Positions 36,505-49,759 of a stretch of 64,000 nucleotides of DNA are shown here, piece after piece. This stretch comes from Carcharhinus amblyrhynchos. Taxonomy: Eukaryota. Every line of letters starts with the position of its first letter. The first letter of the stretch is position 1. The DNA lies in NCBI GenBank assembly GCA_965287045.1, contig OZ336887.1, positions 38,254,001-38,318,000 on the forward strand, in the 5' to 3' direction. The notes below the pieces were generated by a model. That model worked only from the letters and a program-made list of their open reading frames with translations. It made no database searches and was not told the DNA's origin. A program made the translations under genes and the position numbers.

Positions 36505-37142
36505 TCATAAGTTCATAAGAATAGACCATTCAACCCATCAAGTCCGCTCCGCCATCCGATCATGGCTGATATGCTCCTCATCCCCACTTCCCTGCCTTCT
36601 CCCCATAAACTTTCAACCCATTAACAATTAAAAATGTCTAACTCCTCAAACTTACTCACTGTTCCAGCATCCACTGCACTTTGGGATAGCGAATTTCACA
36701 GATTCACAACCCTTTCTCCTCAACTCTGTTTTAAATTTGCTATTTCTTATCCTAAGACTACGAGACCTCTCGTCTTAGAATGCCCCACCAGTGGAAGCAT
36801 TGGCTCCAAGTTTACTTTACCCATACCTTTTATTATCTTGAATATCTCAATTAGATCTCCCCTCATTCTTCTAAATTCCAGAAGTATTGGCCTAAACTGT
36901 TCAATCTCTCATCGTATAACAAACCCCTCATCTATGGAATCAGTTGAATGAACCTGCTCTGAACTGCCTCCAATGCCACTACATCTTTCCTCAAATATGG
37001 GGACCAAAACTGTGCACAATACTTAAGGTGTGGCCTCACCAATGCCTTGTATAGTTGCAACAATGCTTCCTTACCTTTACGTTCTGTTCCTTTAACTATA
37101 AATAGCAACATTCTATTTGCTTTCTTTATCTGCTGTACTTGT
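36505..37142 (-). mobile_element. CR1 3' fragment
   Basis: Reverse CR1 ORF2 C-terminus and tail; abuts a + strand CR1 remnant at 37145-37480. Confidence 0.85.
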
Positions 37143-37544
37143 AAGGGCTTTGAGCTATCAGTCCTTGCCCAATTGGCTTTATATTCCTTTTGAGTTTTAA
37201 AGTTTAAGGAATGCTCTATTTGTAATTTTTAGAATGATAAAATAATTGAATAGAATAGACACAGAAACTGTTTTCTCTCCTGGTGAATACAGAACAAAAG
37301 GATGCAATGTTAAAATTAGAGTTGGGTCACTTAGAAGTTAAATGCAGAAGTATTTTTTCCCCACACTACTGGGACCTGCTCCAGCTGTGGATACTGGGTC
37401 AATTGAAATTTTCAAGGCAGAGATTAATAGGTTTTTGTTAATAATGGTATTGAAGGATCTGGAACAAAGGCAGTTAACGAATAGGTGAACTCCGAAAGTT
37501 GTTTATTGCTTTTTGGCGCAAGAGTGGAAAAGGATCTCTGGCCA

Positions 37545-40500
37545 ATCCATGGCTTACAAGGGAAATTAAAGATAGTATTAGATTCAAAGAAGAAGCCTAC
37601 AAAATTGGCAAGAAAAAGCTATAGACCTGAGGATTGGGAGCAGTTTAAAATTCTGCAAAGGTGGACCAAGGGATTGATTAAGAAGGGGGAAGTAAAGTAT
37701 GAAAGAAAGCCAGCGTGTAACATAAAAGCTAAAACATAAGAAGTTTTGATAGGTACATAAAGAGAAAAAGATTGACAAAACCAAATGTAAGCCCTTTATA
37801 GTCAAAAACGGGGAATTTACAACATAAGAACATAAGAAATAGGAGCAGGAGTAGGCCATCTAGCCCTTCGAGCCTGCCCCGCTATTCAGTAAGATCATGG
37901 CTGATCTGTCGTGGCTCAGTTCCACTTTCCCGCCTTCTCCCCATAACCTCTAATCCCCTTGCCTATCAAAAACCTATCTGCCCGCGTCTTAAATATATTT
38001 AGCGAAGCAGCCTCCACCACTTCAGCGGGCAGAGAATTCCAGAGATTCACCACCCTTTAAGTGAAGAAATTCCTCCTCAACTCCGTTCTAAAAAACCCCC
38101 CCTCCCCCCATCTTGAGGCTGTGCCCTCTATTCCTACTGTCCCTTCTGAGCGGGAAGAGCCTCTCCACCTCTATCCTATCCACCCCATTCATCATCTTAT
38201 ATGTCTCAATGAGATCTCCCCTCATTCTTCTAAACTCTAACGAGTACAAGCCTAGTTTATTCAGCCTCTCCTCATAGTTCAACCCCCTCAACTCCGGTAT
38301 CAGCCTAGTAAACCTCCTCTGCACTCCCTCCAAGGCCAAAATATCCTTGCGTAAGTGCGGCGACCAAAACTGCGCACAGTACATCAGCTGTGGCCTCACC
38401 AGAGCCCTGTACAGTTGCAGCAAGACCTCCCTACTTTTATATTCAATCCCCCTCACTATGAAGGCCAGCATCCCATTTGTCTTCCTGACCACCTGCTGCA
38501 CCTGCAGGCTGGGTTTTTGCAACTCATGCACAAGGACCCCGAGGTCCCTCTGCACCGTTGCATGCTGCAGTTTTTCGCCATGTAAGTAATAGTCCTTCCT
38601 ACCATTATTCCTACCAAAGTGGACAACTTCACACTTGCCAACATTAAATTCCATTTGCCAGTTCCTGGCCCATTCGCCCGGCCTATCTAGATCCTTCTGC
38701 AGACTTTCCACACCCTCCACACAATTTGCCGTTCCACCAATCTTGGTGTCATCAGCAAATTTTGACACCCTACACTCGGTTCCCTCCTCCAGATCATCTA
38801 TATAAATGGTAAATAGCTGAGGCCCCAGCACCGATCCCTGGGGCACTCCACTAGTCACCAACTGCCAATCCGAATAGCACCCATTGACCCCCACTCTCTG
38901 CCTCAACAGAGGACAAAGAAATGGCTGAGAAGCTAATTTCGTACTTTGCTTCTTCCTTCACAAAGGGAGACCTGAATAATGTACTGGAAGTTCTGAGAAA
39001 CATAAATTTTAGTGAGGAGCTGAAGGAAATCAGTATTAATAGAGAAATGGTTTTGGGGAAATTAATGGGATTTAAGGCAGATAAATCTCTCGGGCCTGAT
39101 GATCTACATCCCAGAGTACTTAAAGAAGTGGCCTTGAAATAGATCCATTGGTTGTCATTTTCCAAAATTTAGACTCTAGAATGGTTCCTACAGATTGTAA
39201 GGTAGCTGATGTAAGTCCATTATTCAAGAAGGGAAATAGAGAGAAATCAGGGAACTATAGACCAGTAAGTCTAACTTGGTAGTATAGAAGTTGCTAGAGT
39301 CCATTATGAAGGATTTCATGGCACAATATTTGGAAAGCAGTGGTACAATCAGACAAAGTCAACATGGATTTAAGAAAAGGACTCATGCTTGACAAATCTA
39401 CTGGAATTCTTTGAGGACGTAACAAGTAGAGTTGACTAGGGAGAACCGGTGGATGTGGTTTATTTAGATTTTCAGAAGTTTCAACAAGTGTCACATAGCA
39501 GATTACTATGTAAAGTTAAAGCATATGGGATTGTGGATAGTGCCTTGAGATGGGTAGAAAGCTAGTTAGCAGATAGGAAGGAAAGAGTTGGAATAAATTG
39601 GTCTTTTTCTGATTGGCAAGCAGTGACTACTGGTATACCGCAGGGATTTGTGCTAGGACCGCAACTGTTCACGTTATATATTAATGATTTGGATGAGGGA
39701 ACTAAAAGTATTACCTCCAAATTTGAGATTATTCAAAATTGCTTGGAGGATGAGCTGTGAGGAGGATGCAGAGATGTTTCAACATGATTTGGACAGGCTG
39801 AATGAGTGGGCATATGCATGGCAAATGGAGTATAATGTAGATAAATGTGAAGCTATCCACTTTAGTTGCAAAAATAGGAAGGCAGATTATTTTTTGATTG
39901 GGTGTAAATTGAGAGAGGTGGATACTCTGAGATCTTGGTGTCCTTGCGCGTAGTAAGCATGTAGGCACAGCAGGCAGTAGAGAAGGCAAATATTTTGTTG
40001 GCTTTTATAGCGAGAGGATTTGAATATAGGAATAGAGATTTTTTTTGCAGTTGTAAGTGAGGCCACCACTGGAGTATTTTGTGCCATTTTGGTGTCCTTA
40101 TCCGAGTGCAACGAAGGTTTACCAGACTGATTCCTGTGATGGCAGGTCTGTTATATGAGGAGAAGCTATTTCAGTTAGGATTATGTTTATTGGAGTTTAG
40201 AAGACTGAGAGGGGATTGCCTAGAAACTTACAAAATTCTAACAGGATTAGACAGGGGAGATGGGGGAAGGGGTTAGTCCACAACTAGGGGTCAAAGTATG
40301 GGGATAAGGGGTAAACCTTTTAGGACTAAGGTGAGGAGAAAATTCTTCGTCCAGAGAATGGTGAATTTGTGAAATTTGCTACCAGAGAAAGTAGTTGATG
40401 CCAAAGTGTTGTGTGATTTCAAGAAGGAATTAGATATGGCTCTTGGGGCTAAAGGAAATAAGGAATATGGAGAAAGGTGGGATCAGGGTATTGCATTTGA

Positions 40501-40570
40501 TGAACAACCATGATTATAATGAATGATGGAGCAGGCTCAGAGGGCCAAATGGCCTACTCCTATTTTTTAT
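37545..40570 (+). mobile_element. Old CR1 LINE split by a young CR1 insertion
   Basis: KSLGPDDLHPRVLKEVA, WQMEYNVDKCE, VQRRFTRLIP fragments; tail near 40500-40565. Confidence 0.9.
37822..38904 (-). mobile_element. Young CR1 LINE 3' fragment
   Basis: 272-aa ORF with GVPQGSVLGP and FADD; (TTCTTATG)n tail; CAACA on both flanks. Confidence 0.95.
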
Positions 40571-40789
40571 TTATTTTTATGTGTGTTTCTGTGTAACTGG
40601 AATTGAGGTATAGATTAGCTATGATCTAATTGAATGACTTACAATCGTTTCTGTGATTGCTAGAGTTATTTCATAGCAAGGTAATAGATAAGCCTATAAT
40701 TCCATCAACTTAATGGATATAAATAATTTAATACCAGTTTTTTTCCCACATTCCCATGTAATTTTAAAAATTGTGTTTTCCTTGTTCTT

Positions 40790-42310
40790 GAGATATGGAT
40801 GACATTTTCCATAACCCAAGTTTATTGTCCAACCTGGTTACCTCATTCTGTGGTATTGGTCTTTTATCTTGAACTGAAGCAGCCATTATGGTGATGGTGC
40901 TTCTACAAACATGTTAGCTTGGGAATATTGACCCAGCAGGGATCAAGGAACAGTTCCAATTGTTCAAGTTGGGATGGTGTGCGACTTGAAAGAAAATTGG
41001 AGATGATGGTGTTCGTAAAACATTTTCTGGTTGACAGATTGTCAGGAAGAGAGGGGCTCTTGAAGTAATCTAAGTAACTTGCTGCAATGCACCTGCATAC
41101 AGTGTACACTGCAGCCTAATAGAAGGGATGGGCGATGATGCTGATGAAGTAGACTCCTTTATCTTGGATGATGTTGAGCCACTTTACTGTTTTAAAGAAT
41201 GAGCTATTATTTTATCACACTCTTGACCAGCTTTTTAGATGGTAGAGAGGCATCTTGAATGTATTATGGTTAAACTAGCTATTGACTTAAAAATCTTGAG
41301 TGCTTGAGTTACATTTCCTACTGAAAGTTCTCTTCAAAGTAAGCAATCTCTTCAAACTTGTCTCAGAGCAGTAAGTCAGTTTTTAGTTCTTTTGTGGTGT
41401 TCCTATGCATCTAGTGCCCTTGACCTTCTAGGTGGTGGAGGTCATGGTTTGAAATGTGCTGGCAAAGGAGCTTTGGTGAATCTTGTGATAATACACACTG
41501 CTACCAATGTTTCTCAGTGGCAGAGGCAGTGAATTTTAAAGGTGGTTACTGGGGTACCAATCAAGCAGGCTACTTTGTTTTGCATATTGTGGAGCAATAT
41601 TCGGGCAAGTGGAGGGTATTCATTCACACCCCTGATGTGTGCCTTGTAGATGGTGGCTTTGGGGAAGTGAGTTATGTGCATCAGAATTCCCTCTGACCTG
41701 CTCTTGTAGCCACCATCTTTATATGGCTGGGCCAATTCAATTTCTAGTCAGTGGTATTCAGCAATACCAGTCAGTGGTGATTTAGCAATCGCAATGCCAT
41801 TCAAAATCATGGGAAGTTGGCTAGATTCTGTCTTGTTGGATATGTCATTCCCTAGAACTTGTGCATTGTGAATGTTACTTGCCACTTACAAGTCAAAGCC
41901 ATGTCTTGTTGCCTGTTGCCTAGAGAAAGGTCATTGATCGAGCTGCTGAAAATTGTTGGGCCTACGACACTCCTGCAATGTTGTCCTGGGACTGAAATGA
42001 CTGACCTCCAACAACCATACCATCTCACTTTGTTCCAGGTGTACTTCCAACAAATGGAGAGATTTCCTTCTTATTTCCATTGACTCCAGTTTTGCCCCTT
42101 GATGTCCATCCTTGCTCAGTTGTTGCCTTGACATCAAGGGCAGTCACTCTCCCCTTACCTGTTCAGTTCACCTATTTTGTCCACATTTTGGCTGAGGCTG
42201 TAGTGTGGTCAGGAACTGAGCGGCGCTAGTGAAACCCAAACTGAGCATCAATGAGCAGGTTACTGCTGAATAAATACTGCTTGATGGTGCTGCTGATGAC
42301 CCCTTCCAAT
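40790..42310 (-). mobile_element. Old non-LTR retrotransposon fragments (Zenon-like family)
   Basis: IYKAHIRGVNEYPPLA and NLLIDAQFGFH fragments; similar to 17480-19720. Confidence 0.7.
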
Positions 42311-42900
42311 GAAGAGACATAGGGATTTTGGAATGCACAAGAGGCCAGAGTTGGGGTAAGTTCAGAGAGTTGTCGGGCTGGAAATTTGTGGCGATATAAG
42401 CGCAAGCTTACAACAGGATATAAGCATGTGGATGAGAATTTTAAACTTATGGTTTTAAGTTGAGAAGAAAGGGAACCAATGTAGGTCAGGAGCACAAAAG
42501 TTGAATGGTAAGTGAGGCTTGGTGCCGGATAGAATAGGGGCAGCAGAGCTTTGCTTGAGCTCAAATTTAGGCAGGGTGAAGAATGAGGTGTCAGGCAGGC
42601 AAGCATTGGAATAGTCAAATCTGGAAGTGGCAAATGCACGGATGAAGATTTTAGTAGGAGGTGGGCTGAGGCAGGGATGTTGTTAAGTAAACCCTGATGT
42701 GGATGAAATTGCAGAGTAGCTGGTTTGGCCTGAGATGGTAGCAAGATGAAAGGGGTAGAATTAGTGACAAGATGAAAAGTTAATCACAAGAGATTAAATT
42801 GATGACACGATTTTTCAGTGTTTAGTTGAAGGAAACTATGGACATTCAAGACTATGTTGGACAAGCTGACAGTCTGACCACACTGAGACAGTGATATCAG
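42310..42900 (-). mobile_element. Decayed L2-like LINE fragment
   Basis: Pyrimidine-rich minus strand with degenerate L2-type C-terminal peptides; recognised by pattern only. Confidence 0.5.
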
Positions 42901-43664
42901 AAGATAACATGCATTCTGAAACAAAGCATGCATGGACTTTGCCAGTATTAGAAGTATGATATTATGGGTCTGTTATTATAGCACCATTTTTAACTGCAGG
43001 ACGTGACTTTAAAAATCTACAGTTTATCTTTTTCCTTTTTGATGGTGTTCTCACATCTCACTTATCTTTGATTCCATTGTGGTGAGGGGGAAGGAGTGAG
43101 TGGTCAAGAAGCGGGTCAGGCCAGGGCAGTCGTATAATAATTCAGCAATTATTAAACTAAGAATTACACATTTAAAATCTTCATTGCGTGGATGCTGCAC
43201 TGTACTGGATCTGCCCAGAGGAGTACCACATCTTTCGAATTTTAAAATGTTCAAAACACGTGGAGTGGAGAATCTTTGCCAAATTGAAGTTTGGATTGAA
43301 AAGGTTCCTGGAGATCTAATTGTTGCTGATCACTTTGTAAACCAGGTTTGACACTGCGCTGGGTTACACTCCATGCAACATCAAACAGGAGTGATGTGTG
43401 GCCAGCTTTTTCAGCGAATCTCTGCTTCTCTTTTGAGTGTTGGCTATAGCACTCCCAAATTAGTGTTGTCGAAAAGCTCAAATTCATTCACATTAACACT
43501 GGATTGGAAAATTGTATACACCCTTAGAGAATATTGCTGACTAGCTGCCAACAATAGTCAAATCCCAAAACTGAAAACTGGCAATTTTTATAATAATTAA
43601 ATGCATCAGCTTTTTAATGTGATTTTATTTATTCACTTTGTGTTAGAAAATGAATTTTGTATAA

Positions 43665-43965
43665 TCATGGAATCCTACAGTGCAGAAGGAGGCCATTCAG
43701 CCTATCGAACCTGCACCGACCACTATCCCCATAACTCCATGCATTTACCCTAGTTAGTCTGCCTGACACTTAGGGGCAGTTTAGCATGGCCAATTCACCT
43801 AACTCGCACATTGTTGGACTGTGGGAGAAAACTGGGGTACCTGGTGGAAACCCACACAGACACAGGGAGAATGTGCAAACTCCACACAGACAGTGACCCA
43901 AGATGGGGATTGAACTGGGGTCTCTGTTGGTGTGAGGCAGCAGTGCTAACCACTATGTTACCATG
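43665..43965 (-). mobile_element. HE1-like V-SINE, full length
   Basis: GAATCCTACAGTGCAGAAGGAGGCCATTCAGCC tail through TGTGAGGCAGCAGTGCTAACCAC head. Confidence 0.92.
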
Positions 43966-45318
43966 CAGCTCCAAATTTATTTGAACTAGATTTAAATAGG
44001 GGTGGGGTAAACTATTAACAAACAATGTCAATGATTAATGCAAATGGAGATAACATTCGTGTTAAGAGAAAATGTAAATATAATGAGATCAAATAAAGGT
44101 AAGGCTTTAAAGGACACACTTTTACTTTTACACAAGGACAGTTGTGAATAGACTGCAGGGCACTGAGGTACGTATACTCTGCTAGGCAAAGATTATTGAT
44201 ACTGGTGTAAGAGAATCCTGACCACAAGTAGAACATTGAAAAGATAGTGATCAAAGATGCTGTACAATCATGTGTAAAGATAGTCCAATCAAGTTAGCTG
44301 AGGGTGTGGATGATGGGGGAGGGATGGAGGGATCATCTGTTGGAAGAAAACATTAGAAAGGTGGGCAAAACATGGAACAATTTGGTATTAAAATGGGTAA
44401 CCTTTGGCCAACTAATCAAGTATGATCTATGTTTCTGCCTGAATGTATATTTATGCACAGTACGAAAGGATTCCCCCTCTCAAGGCAGGTATTCTGCCCT
44501 TGTTAATCTGATTGAGACTGGAAAAGCTTGCTCTGAGAACACACACATTCACAGGTTGGATTTTGTTGGGGAACTGTTGGCTCCATGGAAAGCCAGAGGC
44601 AATCCCACTACAACTGTTTTGGTTAATCCCAACCAGAGTCTGTGGTGTGAGGCAGCTAATAAGCTGCCATTGTGCTTTCCGTCCTTTTAAGGGTAAAGAA
44701 CTCATCTACAAGAGCTGACACTCAATCAGCTGTTCAGTCCTAGCAGCGCCTCAGGGACCTAGTCAGGCCAGCACTGATGAAGGTTGGGGGTTACTGTTGC
44801 TGCTGGGCACTTGTGTGGGCCACAGATTGGTTAATGAGGGGATCTTGTGCCCCAACCCTCCATTCCCAATCTGGCCATTTAAGGATCTCAATTGACCTCT
44901 GGGCAAGAAGACTGTCTTGCATGTCCTCCACTGGTGATAACATTCCATGGTGGTGACATGCTATCTTCCATCCCCCTCTGCCGGTTTTTTGGATATTCCG
45001 CCCCATAAAATTCAGCTGAAACATGTGAATGTATAAAACAGAAGTGTAACAATGCCTTCACTGGTGGGAGGATGTCAAGACAACATGACAAATTTCCATT
45101 GGCTGTTTCCATTGTAATTGTGGGCTCTCGCATTTGTAGTGTCAATGCAGGAAATGCATCCAGTTGACAGACTTTTGATAGATTTTAATGCATCTGTTCA
45201 TATAATAGATGGCTTGCACTATATGAATTTGAAGAGGTTTTGCCCTTTATCCAATGGCATTATCAAAAATGAGAAAATTAAGCATTGAACTTTTATAGTT
45301 TTCATATTCCCTTTGCAG

Positions 45319-45410
45319 GAAACCTTTTGAACAGTCTGATGGGTGCAGGAGAGGAAGATGAGGTGGATGGCGAAGGACCAGAAGATGTCAATCCTATTGA
45401 TCTTGACTAA
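45319..45410 (+). CDS. GET4: GET4 coding exon 9 (terminal)
   Basis: TTGCAG acceptor; (G)NLLNSLMGAGEEDEVDGEGPEDVNPIDLD then TAA; acidic tail ending in PIxLD as in other GET4 proteins. Confidence 0.95.
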
Positions 45411-46037
45411 GAAGAAAATTAACTTTCTAACCTAAAGGTCTAAAGACAATATTCCACTGAGGTGTCTACAGAATGATCTGCTTATACAAGGAATAGAAAC
45501 AGCTATGCCATGGGACATTTTATATGACAGTTTCACATCTGAGCACCTGCAAAGGGCTCTCTTTCCCTTTCTACTGAAGAAGGTGCAAAGAATGTTTCCT
45601 ATTGCTGTCTTTATTGGAAATGCTGTATTATTTATGTTCAGTAGATATTTCATGATTTAAAGAACAGGTTCCAATTGGCTGTGTGTTGACTGATGTAAGT
45701 TTTGTCTTTTTAGATTATTTTACATAAGATTTAAGTACTTTACAGCTGTGTACTGGTAACTGGTACACATGGCACTACATATGGATGGTCTCGGGCTGTA
45801 TGACGTAAAGCCATGCAAAAAGATGCTCATCGTATAGCAAACTTTGCCAACGGAAGTCGAGACATTTCAAATTGCTAAAACTAGCTCTTGTTTAACAAGT
45901 AAGAGTGATTGTCAATAGGAACAAAGGAAAAGCTGTAGGGATCAGCAGCACTTGATTTAACTTACACAATTGGTGTGGCTGTTACGCACAGATTACAAAG
46001 GATCATGCACAAAAACGGGCTTAATTATTTCTGAACC

Positions 46038-46113
46038 AATAAACAACATTAAAGAAGATTGTTGTCACCCTGACTTTATTTGAGGTGGTAAATTATATTC
46101 TAATACAAATAAA
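46038..46113 (+). terminator. Candidate GET4 polyadenylation signals
   Basis: AATAAA at 46038-46043 and 46108-46113, about 630-700 bp after the stop codon; actual use not demonstrable from sequence. Confidence 0.5.
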
Positions 46114-47589
46114 ATGCAGCTGCGACAAGAATGCTGTAAATACTTTGTCAGGGCTGATTCTGCATGTTAAAGGTTTGCATGCCAGACACTTAAGTACTTT
46201 TTAAGCATTGACATTTCAAGTGCTGGAACTTAAGGGAAATTTGCACAATGACTCCTTAATCAGGACCTGGGTTTGTCTTGTAGTGAAATGCAAGGACCTG
46301 ATTTTACTGGAGCCTGTAACACAAACAATTTAAGAGTGACTGTATATTATGCTTTATAGATCTGGTAACCGTATCTAGTTGTTTTTCCACTAGGCACTCT
46401 CTGTAACTCATGGCTTATGAAATGTTCACAGAGATTACGGTGATTAAATGGCAGCCTTTCGAACGACGGAATAGATTCCTCTTTTTCAGTGATATTTTTG
46501 TGCATAAGTTGGACTATTGCTTTTTTAATACTTGTATTTGTCACATTAAAGAAAAATAATTAGTCTCTTTGTTTGATACAAAGTCAGAACTTTGCCTTGA
46601 GGTGGAATGTTTACTTTTTAATGTGATAAAACTCTTTCTCAACTACAGTGAAGTATTCATGTGGACTATTAGCATGCAAAACACAAGACATTCCGTGGTG
46701 CACTGTACATGAAATAGGAATCTATAAAATTTCCAAGATCACTTTGTTTTGTATTGACCATCTGACAAATCATTTGTTAAAACATATGACCAGAGTAGAA
46801 TTAACACATCAGAGGTGACAGGTCCAGTCGAGCTAGCTTCCACAGAAGCAGTTTCTGTTTAATGCTTCCATTTCCCTCTTATGAAAAGATGTCTGTGCGA
46901 GCATTGTTGTGACACCCCAGATTTGTTCAGTAGAGGGCAGTAGTACTTGATTTTGTCATACCACAAAACTTGTGTAAAAGACAAATTTTTGAAACTATTA
47001 TTTTAGGTCAGAAGTTTGGAGGCGATTTGGTTTTTGAGGCAAACACGTGGGTGCATTATTTGGACCCAAGTGAAATCCAAAAAAGACTCTTGCAGTAGAA
47101 CAAAGTAAAAAATAACAGCCTCGAAGAATTAACTGTCATCGATAATCTGAATTTAATTTGAATAAATAAAAACATTTATTTGCTGGTACTCATTTCATTA
47201 GTGTTTATACATTTGCAATGAAATTGAATCATTAGCTTCACCAGGATTTTAATTTGATTCTGAAATTTTTGGATTTTGATCACTGAAAGACTAGGTTGAC
47301 TTGCGGTGGGGTCCATCTGGGCCACCAAAAACTGCTTTCGGAGGTGACAATTCAGAAAGTGACACTCTCCCAACGGAAACAGCCGATTGGTAAGTGATAC
47401 CTGCAGAGTATTTTCTTGTGGTTTTTAAAGTATAATATATTCGCTTAAATAGCGCTAAGGACTTCTGATTAAAAAAGTGTTTCACTTCTGTTTTGTAAAT
47501 AAACACTTCTAAAATAGAAGTGTTTCACTTCAAATTGAAGGAAGGTTCCTAGTTTAATCAAATTCCCTTAAAGGGAGCAACTAGTTTAG

Positions 47590-49750
47590 AGAGAAGTCAT
47601 AATAGGGAACCTCAGGCTAGTGATATGCTCCTCCGGCACATTGTGGGAAATAAGGTATGCTTCCAGTGTCCCTAACGATCACGTGCAGGCAGTGTGTCCA
47701 GCTGCGGCAACTGGCTAACTGCATTTTGGAGCTGGAGCTGCAGGTGGATTCAATGCTGAGAACGTTGTGGATAGCATGTTAGTGAAGTGTTTGCACCACA
47801 GGTGAAGATTACATGAGCAGAAAGGCAATGGGTGACCATCAGACGAAGTAAAAGGCTCAGGAAGGAAATGCTTGTGTCAGCTGTAGTCATTCCTCCATCT
47901 CAGAAAGATGTATCGCTTTGGGTACTTTGGATGAAGTGGTGACCTCTCGGGAAAGCAACAGCCAAGTTCATGGCGCCATAGGTGGCTGTACTGCATAGAG
48001 GGGAGGAAAATGCACAGAAGGGCAATAGTGATAGGGGATTCAATAGTAGGGGGTATAAACGGGCCTTTCTGTGGCCACAGCTGTGAATTAAGGATGGTAC
48101 GTACCTTCCATGGTGCCAGGGTCAGGATCTCACAGAGCAGCTGCAGGATATTCTAGAGAGGGTGAACAGCTAGTGGTTGTGGCACACATTGGTACCAATA
48201 CATAAGTAAACAAAAGGATGAGGTTCTGAAAACTAAATATAAGAATTTAAGAGAGAAATTAAAAGGCAGGACCTCAAATGTAGTAATCAGACGATTACTT
48301 CCAATGCCACACTCTAGCAAGAGGATAGATCAGATGAAGCAGATGATCACATGGGTGGCACGGTAGCACAGTGGTTCGTACTGCTGCTTCACAGCTCCAG
48401 GAACCTGGGTTCGATTCCCGGCTTGGTCAATATCTGTGTGGAGTTTGCACGTTCTCCTCATGTCTGCGTGGATTTCCTCCGGGTGCTCTGGTTTCCTCCC
48501 ACATTCCAAAGATATGCAAATTTAGGTTGATTGGCCGTGCTAAAATTGCCCCTTGGTGTCCTAAGATGTGTAGGTTAGAGGGATTAGTGGGTAAATATGT
48601 AGGGATATGGGATAGGGCCTAGGTGGGATTGTGGTCAGTGCAGACTTGATGGGCCAAATGGCCTCTTTCTGCACTGTAGAGTTTCTATGATTCTATGAAT
48701 GCGTGGCTGTAAAAATGGTATACCGGGGAGAAGTTTAGATTCTTGAGGCAAAGGGACCAGTTCCGGGGAAGGTGAGACTTGTACAAGCCAGATGGGTTGC
48801 ACCTGGCATAGCTGAGACCAATATCCTTGAGGGGCTTTTGCTCGTTCAGTTGGGGAAAAGGATGGGAACCAAAGGGTAGGCTTAAATGGATTAGATTCAG
48901 ATCAGGAAATGGGAGGTAGAACATTAGTTAGTGATGTAGTCAGCGACTTGGAAAGACAAAAGAAACAAATGTTAAAAAAGCGTCTAGCAAGAAAATTGAT
49001 GGGGTTGAGCTGCTTATACTTCAAGGAGTGTTATAAACACATGGTAGCACAATGGTGTTGCTATAATATATACCTGGCTAAAGGAGAGGCAAATTTGGCA
49101 GCTCAATATTTTTGGATATAGAGTTTTCAGGCAGGATAGAGTGGGTGACAAAAAAATAGAGGGGCTATCATTATTGATTAAGGAATCAATTACAGTTGTG
49201 AGAAGGAATGCTATACTAATTGGGTTAACAAATGAGACTTTATGGGTTGGGATTAGGAATAAAAAAGAAGCAGGTCACACTACTAGGGGAATACTACAGA
49301 CACTCAAATAGTGAGAGGGAAATAGAAGAACATATATGTAGACAAATTTCTGCCTGTAGAGATAAGAAGGCAATAATAGTAGGCGACTTTAATTTTCCCA
49401 ATATCAACTGGGTTTCAAACAACACAAGAGACACTGAAAGTGAAAAATTCATGTACTGTGTTCAGGAATCTTTTTGTAAACAATACGTGACAAGCCCAAC
49501 TAGAGGAAACATGATTCTGGATTTAGTCTTGGGAAATGAAGAAGGGCAAGTGGGTGAAGTGACAGTGGGCGGCCATATTGGGGACAGTGAACACAATTTG
49601 GTTAGATTTAGTATTATGTAAATTGACATAAACTAGGAGTAAAAGTTTTAAACTGGAGGAAAGCAAATTTTACAAAACTGAGAAGTGATTTGGTTGAGCT
49701 GGACTAGACAAGACTGCTACAGTTAAATCAGTAGTAAACCATTGGGAAAC
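47590..49750 (+). mobile_element. CR1 LINE 5' portion: ORF1 (zinc finger + SGNH esterase) and ORF2 APE endonuclease, decayed
   Basis: TCRQCVQL; VIGDSIVGGINGPFCG...FHGARV (GDS motif); IIVGDFNFPNINW, SPTRGNMILDLVL, GDSEHNLVRF. Confidence 0.88.
48352..48697 (+). mobile_element. HE1-like V-SINE nested in CR1 ORF1
   Basis: GGTAGCACAGTGGTT A-box, GGTTCGATTCCC B-box, V-domain, TTCTATGA tail. Confidence 0.93.
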
Positions 49751-49759
49751 ATTAATAAG

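Larger units (their letters stand above)
12030..45410 (+). other. GET4: GET4 gene span (Golgi to ER traffic protein 4 / TRC35), 9 coding exons, 321 aa
   Basis: Nine GT-AG bounded exons (134+79+82+150+139+141+76+73+92 = 966 nt) join in frame to [45 protein letters not shown]...DVNPIDLD*, recognisably vertebrate GET4. Confidence 0.97.

Noticed and set aside
48352-48425. tRNA genes at A-box/B-box motifs (also 857, 28108, 31387, 53218)
   Set aside because: These are tRNA-derived SINE heads that continue into a V-domain and LINE tail; no complete cloverleaf.
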